A stretch of DNA of 63,425 bases, filler included. It is 13 parts of 13 records of this genome, joined end to end, with 100 filler letters (N's around TTAATTAATTAA, not from the genome) between each part and the next. Parts side by side here need not be neighbours in the genome. Positions count along the whole stretch, not along the records: positions 55,674 to 59,366 come from SRR15195285_2482; positions 59,467 to 63,425 come from SRR15195285_2483; 11 more parts are not named here. One strand, written 5' to 3'. Both the position numbers and the translations under genes were made by a program. Positions 55,925-63,425 of this stretch are shown here, in pieces (the stretch's first letter is position 1; the number at the start of each line of letters is the position of its first letter). A model generated the notes under the pieces. That model saw nothing but the letters and a program-made list of their open reading frames with translations. It was not told the origin of the DNA and ran no database searches.

Positions 55925-57188
55925 ATGGGCGCAGCGGGCGTCCTGGTGCGTGTGTTGTCGCCCGCGCTCCTCGCACAGCTGGGGCTGGCGGAGGAGGCAG
56001 GCCCGCTGCCTGTCATCCCGGAGCCGAGCGCTTGGAACGACACAGCGTGCCACTCGGTGAGTGTGTGGTTCTCGCGTCTGGGACTGCCATAGACTGCACG
56101 TGGGGAGCAGAACAGCGGATCTTTCGCCCTGCCCATACGATTGACTGGCGGTCGTGTTGCTGTGTGCGTGCAGCCGCTTGAGGAAGGCTGCCTCTCGTGC
56201 TGCGAGCCCGATGTTCCACCACCCACGGCCGGGCAGCAGGCCGACCCAGGTCCTTGGGTGGAGTTGAAATGGACAGGCAACTGCACGGGCTGCGTGCCGG
56301 GCGCGCCTTGTGAAAAGGGCAACTGCCCGTGCGGCAACTGCTTCCCCGGGGTCCTGCCCTGGTGGAATGAAATCGAGGAACATCCAAACGGCCCACCCGC
56401 TGGCTGCAAACCGTGCTCACGCTGCAAGGAACGCGACCTGACCGATTTCCGTGAAATCGAGTTCGGCACCTGCCCCCCCGGTGACGTGGGGGATCCCCTC
56501 TGCCAGCCTGACGGCAGCTGTGACTGCTCCAAGGCGCAGCCGCCGAATGAAGGCGACTGCCCTGCGCCCGCGCCCGGCGTTTTGTCGTGCACATGCTGGT
56601 GCGACTACGCGCAAAAGATTCGGGACTGGTGCCAGCTTGATCCCACTCCCACGGTTTTCCAAGGCCCGTGCGCCTACGATCGCATGGTTGCCCAGAGCAA
56701 GAATGAAGAGTTCACTTACGAATGCGACGACCAAGGCTACTACAAACTAGTTCAGTGTGGCCCAAAGGCACCGCCACCTCTCGCTCCGTCCCCACCGCAG
56801 GCACTGAGTGTCACTAACAGCGCGGAAACGACGACGGCAGAGTCGGGAGAGATGTGCTGGTGTAGCGAGCCAAGTGCGTCTTCTTCTACCTCTCCAGCAA
56901 TGCGCTTGAACTTGTGAACTTGTGGTGACCCCTCCTGACTCTTCGCGTGGTTCGCTGAATCTATTGTGTGCAGGCTACGGCATTCAGAATGGCACGTCTG
57001 CAGTGCCGAAGGCGGATGGCAAGGCCCCGGACTGCGTGCATACCTTGCAGTGCGAGCTTCTCAACATTCAGACATGCAAGACCATCGGTAGTGACTTCTG
57101 CAACTGGACAGTCATTCCGTTTGACAACGGCACTTTGTGTGCGCCTACCAAGGGTGGACCCATTGCTGGTGGCATAGTACATCTGTGA
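55925..57188 (+). CDS. Secreted Cys-rich protein with thyroglobulin type-1 repeat (3 exons)
   Basis: Hydrophobic N-terminus; ECDDQGYYKLVQC...CWCSEP|NG...GT...PDC. Confidence 0.75.
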
Positions 57189-57498
57189 ATCCATTTCAAT
57201 TTGGGAGGGTATCCACCGTACCAGGAAAGGACATGGCTAGAGTACCTGTCATCTACTCCGCCCAGCAGCAGCGAAGAGGGCGCATACCTTGCCATCGGGT
57301 ATCAGCGTCGCCTTCTGCCCCCATGACACCCTAGATCACAAGATCAGACGGAGGAAGCGCTTGCAAACGACCTGCGAAATTTGACACTTGGAAGGGATAT
57401 TGCGTATCGATGCGTATGCTTTGCTAGAGGTTCATGCAGCAGCGCACTGCCCGCTGCTGCCTTCCCACACCAGCAAAATCATCATCGTATTGCGCCAG

Positions 57499-59094
57499 CT
57501 ACCCCTTGCAAGCTGGCTGTGCGATGACCAGCTTTACGTCATTGTGCTCGCCGCGCCGCATGCTCTTCTTCGGCTCAAGCTGCTCGTATGACAGGACCGA
57601 CAGTCCCGCCTTCGTAAGCAGAGGCTCGCGGTATTCTCGTCTCCCTAATGTAACCAGCACCATGGCGCCGCGTCCTGCTTGCTGCAGGGCAGTGGCGCAG
57701 CCAGTCAGGTATGCTAGAGCTCCCGCTGCATGTGGGCTGTCTGCATCGGTGATCCATGTATCCTCTGGACGCTCGCGCTCTGCGACCGCTGTATACAGCC
57801 ACGCAAACCACCTCAGATAAAGATTCAGCGAGTCTGCCCAAGACAGCCAGCAAGTGAAGTGAACAGCCCACCGCACGTTTGACGAGGAACGCATCTAAAC
57901 AGCCCTTGTCGACAATGACGTTGACGCCCATGTCTGCACCGTCAAAGCTGCTCCAATCAGTCAAATCCCCCACCAGCCACTGCACAATAGTCAGGTCAGG
58001 TGGATAGCGTTTCCGCATCCGATCTACGACTGACTCAACATAATCCACCGCGACAATGTGGCACTCCTTGCCCAGCCTACTGCCCTTGGCAGCCTGTGTC
58101 TTCACAGCCGCTTCAAGCTCAACGGGCAGCGGGGAATTACCGTTCCCTGTGATTAACACAGTCGGTTTGCCATCGCTTTCGACGCCGGCGAGCGTGTCCA
58201 GCACGGTGCCCTCGATCGTGTCCCAACCGCAGTACCAGTCGAACTTCTCTTCGGCGTCAAACCGTCTTTCCCAGTAATCTTGGCCACCTTCAGCAATCAG
58301 CTCCAGTGACGGTGTGGCCAGCCGCTGCAAAGCTTCTCCTTCGCTGACGTCTGCACATGGCCACACGATCGAGTATGTTCGCTGCGACTGCTCGTCGAAG
58401 ATCGCAGCAAAACCTACGTTTGGAGCCCCGTCCCCGCCCACTGGAACCAGCGTAATTCCTACGATCAGCATGGGTGACCAGCACGCGCGGCTGAACTCAA
58501 GCAGGTGGGCAGTAGGGCTGAGCAAGTTGACAGGCTGCTGCCAGAAGGGGGAGGGGGCTTACGCGAGCCGAACTCGTCCGCGATGTAGTGCATCTGACTC
58601 CCTGCGGCCGATCCGTCCGCCGCGGCGAACTTGATTGGATGGGCGAGGGGCGCGATCAGAGCCAGCAGCGTATCCGCGTCGGGTGCCGGCTCGCCCTCTT
58701 CTGCGGTGCCCAGCAGCAGCCAGAGCCGCGCTGCTAGCTCCGGAGTGCTAGCCATCTGTGCTCGAGCATCCACCGCGCTGGGTATGAGCCAGACGTGATC
58801 GGACAGCCAGACGTCGCTCTCGCTCGCGATATCCCGCGCCGCCGCCACGAACCACGAGTCCCGCGCTGTATCGCACCCGTCCGTCCAGCCGAAGCCGATC
58901 GACTCGCCGGCGTCGAACTGCTGCAGTCGCAGCTTGCGCGCGAGCGGCGCGGCCAGCCCCGCGGGCAAACCGATCGAGCGCAGCTGCGCAGCGTGCGCCG
59001 TGCACCACGCTGTGTCAGCCGCCAGCTCCGGCGAGAGCACGCCGCTGAACGGCGAGACCTCATCCGCCGGCTCAGGCTCCGGCTGCTGCTGCAT
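57499..59094 (-). CDS. TTLL12-type N-terminal SET-like domain fused to METTL13/EEF1AKMT4-type class I methyltransferase (3 exons)
   Basis: HAAQLRSIGLP..KL..QFDAGE, WLSDHVW, YIADEFGS|RI, YSIVWP..V.EGE, then YWERRF..FDWY, LITGNGNS, AVDY, IVDKGCLDAF. Introns 58459-58562 and 57789-57876. Confidence 0.8.
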
Positions 59095-59661
59095 CTCGCC
59101 GAGGTGGCCCGGCCAGCTGGCCACGGCTGCTCTCGAGGCGCTGCAGTGGATGCCGCCTAACAACAACGAACACGCTCAGCGTGACACGCGCAGCACGCGC
59201 ATCGGCACGCGCCTCGCGATCGGTATCGTAGCGCGCCGCCGCGATGCGTGCGCGCGCGCGCGGGTACGACGGTACGTCGGTACGCGACCCGCGTACCCCA
59301 GGGTATGCGCGGTCCGCGGTGCAGTGCCTCAGGAAGAGGCATTTCGGAAATTCTTGTCGAGAATTCNNNNNNNNNNNNNNNNNNNNNNNNNNNNNNNNNN
59401 NNNNNNNNNNTTAATTAATTAANNNNNNNNNNNNNNNNNNNNNNNNNNNNNNNNNNNNNNNNNNNNACTCACCTGGGCACTGCAGTCTGATCGACGACGC
59501 GTCTGGCGCACGACCGCGGCACGATCGACCGGCGCGCGCACGTTCCGCGATCGGATCATCGCCCGAGTAGGCCGCCTATCGATCGCGTGGGGGCGTGCTT
59601 CCAGGAAGGTCTACCGACAGTAGCGACGTCAGGAAGGTCTACAGTAGCGAGCAGCGCAGCG

Positions 59662-61408
59662 ATGAGCAGCAAGGCGACTCAGAGTCGCACGAAGAAGTCG
59701 AAGGGTGACCTCCAGCGCAAGCTGCTCGAGAGAGACCGCGCCAGAGACACACCGGCGCCGGGCCTGACCGAGCACGAAAAGTGCGTGCAAAACGATTCTC
59801 CATCAGGGCCTGCTGCACGGCACTGCACTGCTGATGACCGATGGCTCTCACTGTTCATTGGCACTATCCAATTGTTCCCTATGGCTCGGAAGGGCACATC
59901 TGTCGCTCGGTACAGACATGCTCTGCACGAGGCGATCATTTGGTGACTATAGTGGTGGTCTGCTCGCGTGCTCGGTTTGTCTTATTCCAGGTACCTGTTT
60001 GACATCAATGGCTACCTGGTGGTGAAGAAGGCCCTGACAGACGAGCAGTTACAGGACTGTCGGGAGCGGCTGGCCGAACGTCTGCAACGTGAGCCGAGCA
60101 CTGGGCGCTTCGGCTCGGGGCGCACCGCCAACACAAAGGGGCACAAGGGCTCCGACCGAACCCGTCTCACGACGGATGAATCGGGCGAACAGGAGCAGTC
60201 CTGGAGCTCCCCATCGCTCGTTGAGTGGGGCGGCGCCTTCATCGATCTCATCGACCTGCCCACCATCGCACCGAAGCTCAGCTCACTGTTCGGCGACGCG
60301 CCGTATCGTATGGACCACGACTGTACGTCCCACCACCACCCTCTTGCCGTTGTGGTCTCGGTGACTCCGACCTTCCTCGTCTGTCTCACAAAGGAACGCC
60401 CGTGTGCATCGTCAGACCTGAACGTCCACAACAGTGAGCAGCCAGGCGGCCTGTATTTGCATGGGGGAGGACAGGGTGCAGGTGGCCCTTCGGACCTCGT
60501 CGGTCCGTCCGACGGTGGCCAGTGCTACTACCGGTACTCGAATGGCAAATTCTTTGTGAGACTCACGCGGCTGAATGACAAGAGTATGCCGTGCGCGATA
60601 TTCATTCTACCACGAGATTTTCACCGCGCTTGCATCCCGTACTGTGCTATGCAGAATGGGCTCATTGCGGTGGCATTCGAGCTAGAGACGGTGCAGCCCG
60701 GACACGGCGTGAGCCACTGGCTCACTAGCTTGCCTGATATTGCGCCCTGCCTTTGTGCTCACTTTGTGACCACTGCTGTTCAGGGGTTCGCATGTGTCGC
60801 TGGCTCACACAAGGCCAACGTGGAGCTCCCACGCGACTGGAAGACGCCCGGAAAGACACAAGCCGATGCTCCAGACTGCGTCCACAGGGTTGCTGTGGAG
60901 GCAGGTGACGCTATCATCTGTGAGACTTCATTGTTTGACTTGTTCCTCATCCGTCTCACAGACCACACTTGGCACAGCGGACTGATCGTATTCTTGCATG
61001 TACTGTTCGAGTCTGACAGTCACGGAAGCATGCGCGCACGGGACTCTGCCCTGGGAAGGGCCGCCTGGCACGTGTCGCCACACCGCATTCTGTAAGCGCA
61101 ACACGATCACCCTGTTCCGGAGCCTCCATTTAGACGGGGAAACAATTCTGAGGATTACCTGCACTGCAACAGACAAATACTGTCCCCACGCTGTCGCGTG
61201 GGCTCCAGTTTACTACAACTCAGATGACTATGAGCACCTACGTGAGGGCGGCTTGACGGAGTTTCAGCGCGAGCTGCTTCTACCTCCATCTGCATTTGGG
61301 CCGCGGACGGCTGTTTGGGAAGTCGCACAGGCGGAGCGGCGTGAGCTGATGGAGCTGCGAGAAAGAGTGGCAGCGCTAGAGCAAGAGAAGCAGGAAAGCA
61401 AACTTTGA
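59662..61408 (+). CDS. Phytanoyl-CoA dioxygenase (PhyH) family protein (7 exons)
   Basis: K|YLFDINGYLVVKKAL, LHGG, G|GFACVAGSHK, AGDAII|FTEACAHGTLPW, RHTAF|YKY; all introns GT-AG and in frame. Confidence 0.88.
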
Positions 61409-61622
61409 TGTGATAGGGAGTGCCCAGATCGCATGGAAGAAGTTGGTAGGAACTAGTTGCTTCAAATACACCAAACGACGTTCGCTCCTTTCACTCCATA
61501 GCTCCGAACCCACCTCGCACGAACATGCTCGTCCACCTTCCTACGACCTATGTGTAGACGAACAGATCTGATTCGGAAGCCACACCAGTTTACAAAACGA
61601 GCGAGATCTGCAGCTGCCATAG

Positions 61623-63234
61623 CTACGATGCATCGTCAAACCAATCGACGAGCTTAAATACTCGATTGTCGAAATGATAAGTTTGCTCGGTCTTGGACCA
61701 GTGCGCGCCTCCAATACACAAGAGCAGACCTGCAGCAGACCACGCCGCGCCCCAGCTTTGCGAGGTTGGAAGCTCCGGCCCAGAACGCCAAATTCGGGAG
61801 CTAGGATTGTAGCACCATGTGTGCGTCACATCCACTCCACCAATGATCCAGACGCAGCCTTCGTGTGCAGCAACTTGAGCGCTGCCCACACCATCCGCTC
61901 CATTCGGCAGTGGCGGGAGTTTCTCCCACTTCCCGTCCCAGCTGCGAACCGGAAACAATCACTCATACTTTAGCATCAACGGTGCACGTGGTGATACAAA
62001 GCTGTAGCACGGACAGATTCAGAATCACCATATGTAAAGCGATGAGTTTGTAGATGCCGACTCACCTACTAGCTGCCGCTGGATCGAACGCAAACACGCC
62101 ACCACGATCCACGACGAACATCTTCTCATCGAGTACGCAACTTGCTCCTGCCCCCGCACCTGATGGGAGCTTCCCTTCTACCCTCCACTGATTTTCGGAT
62201 GGATGAATCGACTCTACCACGTCACTGCTTCCCATAACGTAAATCCTGCCATCAACTGCCCCGGCGACGCATGCAGACCGCGCATAATTGAGAGACGGGG
62301 CACTACGCCAGCCTCTGGTCACGACGTTGTAGACGACACAGCTATCTTGCGGCGTGCGACTGTTTGGAATGCCGTCGGAGGAACAGCAGCCACCGACTAC
62401 CCATAACTCCTCGTCCAGCGCCGCCAGCCCGTTGTAGCAGCGAGAGCCAGGGCCCGTGGCGTGTAACCTTCCACGTGGACCACGGTCGAAGGACAAAGCC
62501 GGCATCTTGTCAGGAACCACCGACCATGCATCGCTTGCGTCTACAGCCGTTGGGTCATCCAACACCCATAGCTCGTCGAACTCTGCCATCCGAGCAGGGA
62601 AGCCCCGGTACCATAGCGCGCCGCCGGACACGTACACCTTTCCACAGCACTCGGCAGCGTAGATGTCGTGGTTGCCACACGGCAGGCGACCACCACATAC
62701 CTCCCAGCGAGCACCGGCTGGCTGAGCAGGTACTGATCTCGCAACAGAAGCCAACCCTTCTGCATCCATCGATACTTCCAGTCGAGAGCCAGAGCTCAGT
62801 GTAATGATCGCGCAGTCGCACGTCCCAGAGCGGACGAGTGAAGCGATCGAGCCGTCTGGTAGCGATTCGGAGTCGAACACGCGCCACACGGTGTGCCTGT
62901 CGTCGGGAGCGCTGTACTCAACTCCACCTCCGCGCCCTGGTGGGCCGTAATGAGGACCACGAGGGTTCAGGCGAAAGAGTCCTCGCGCCCCGTCGGTGAT
63001 CCACACATACCCGTTGTCGTCCACAGCCAGGCCTGCGACTCCATCACACGCCACCGGCGTCGGCACCGGTACAGCGGCTGATGAGCCCGCTGGCTTCACC
63101 ACCAGCGTCTGGCGGCTCGAGTCGGTGCTCCAGCTGTTGCCGTAGTTGTCTACAGTGCCTTCTTCCCCTGCGCTGCCAACCACGTGCCCACTGATCGAGG
63201 CCAGGCGCCTCTGCAGAGGCCACTGCATCATCAT
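61623..63234 (-). CDS. Kelch-repeat beta-propeller protein (2 exons)
   Basis: KVYVSGG, LWVVGG..YNVVTRGW, RIYVMG, VWIIGG..YNPSSRIW, LLCIGG; intron below about 62065. Confidence 0.85.
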
Positions 63235-63425
63235 CGCCCGTCGCCCGGGCGCGCGACGCCCTGCGCCGGCGTGCACCGCGCGCCCGCGCGCCGACGACGG
63301 GCCGCCGGCCACAGCGATACTGTGATATGATACAGTAAGATACAGCGGTATTTTCGGGCTTTTTCAACACTTTTTAAAAAAAGAAAGAGATGAGATACGT
63401 GGTTTGGTGCGTCACCGGAAATGTC

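Noticed and set aside
59601-59652. Short direct repeat CAGGAAGGTCTAC..AGTAGCGA upstream of PhyH
   Set aside because: Only two copies of about 22 nt; an ordinary local duplication with no further support.
1-63425. rRNA, tRNA, transposase, reverse transcriptase, viral or prokaryotic defence genes
   Set aside because: None recognised by eye. Small ncRNAs could be missed without covariance-model searches.

Overview
This is eukaryotic nuclear DNA: GC-rich, gene-dense, with short GT-AG spliceosomal introns (most about 60-160 nt), probably from a heterotrophic protist single-cell or metagenome assembly. It is not one locus. Thirteen contigs of about 3-8 kb are joined by artificial 100-nt spacers (44 N + TTAATTAATTAA + 44 N), so adjacency across spacers means nothing. 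I spliced the ORF track by hand into about 25 genes. Recognisable products include an aldo-keto reductase, two PI3K-family kinases, an FHA-PIN protein, a Patched-family transporter, a GH3 3' end, a PLAT + single-domain voltage-gated channel, ankyrin/LRR/kelch/WW/IQ proteins, a GH18-like protein, a JmjC protein, an alpha2delta-like VWA protein, Serinc, PhyH and a thyroglobulin-repeat protein. The best candidate for a new system is a 7-exon, about 1465-aa type I membrane protein (51148->46203, minus). It has a TauA-like solute-binding domain and CUB/EGF repeats outside, and a PARP-type mono-ADP-ribosyltransferase plus WWE domain inside, i.e. a putative receptor ADP-ribosyltransferase. Other highlights: two about 84% identical adjacent introns with terminal inverted repeats (introner-like), a class I PI3K with inserted Sec7 and DysF domains, a secreted DUF3626-like protein, a TIR-like protein, a membrane-anchored tandem Zn-finger protein, and a TTLL12-SET/methyltransferase fusion. 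All domain calls come from motif recognition by eye; no searches were run.
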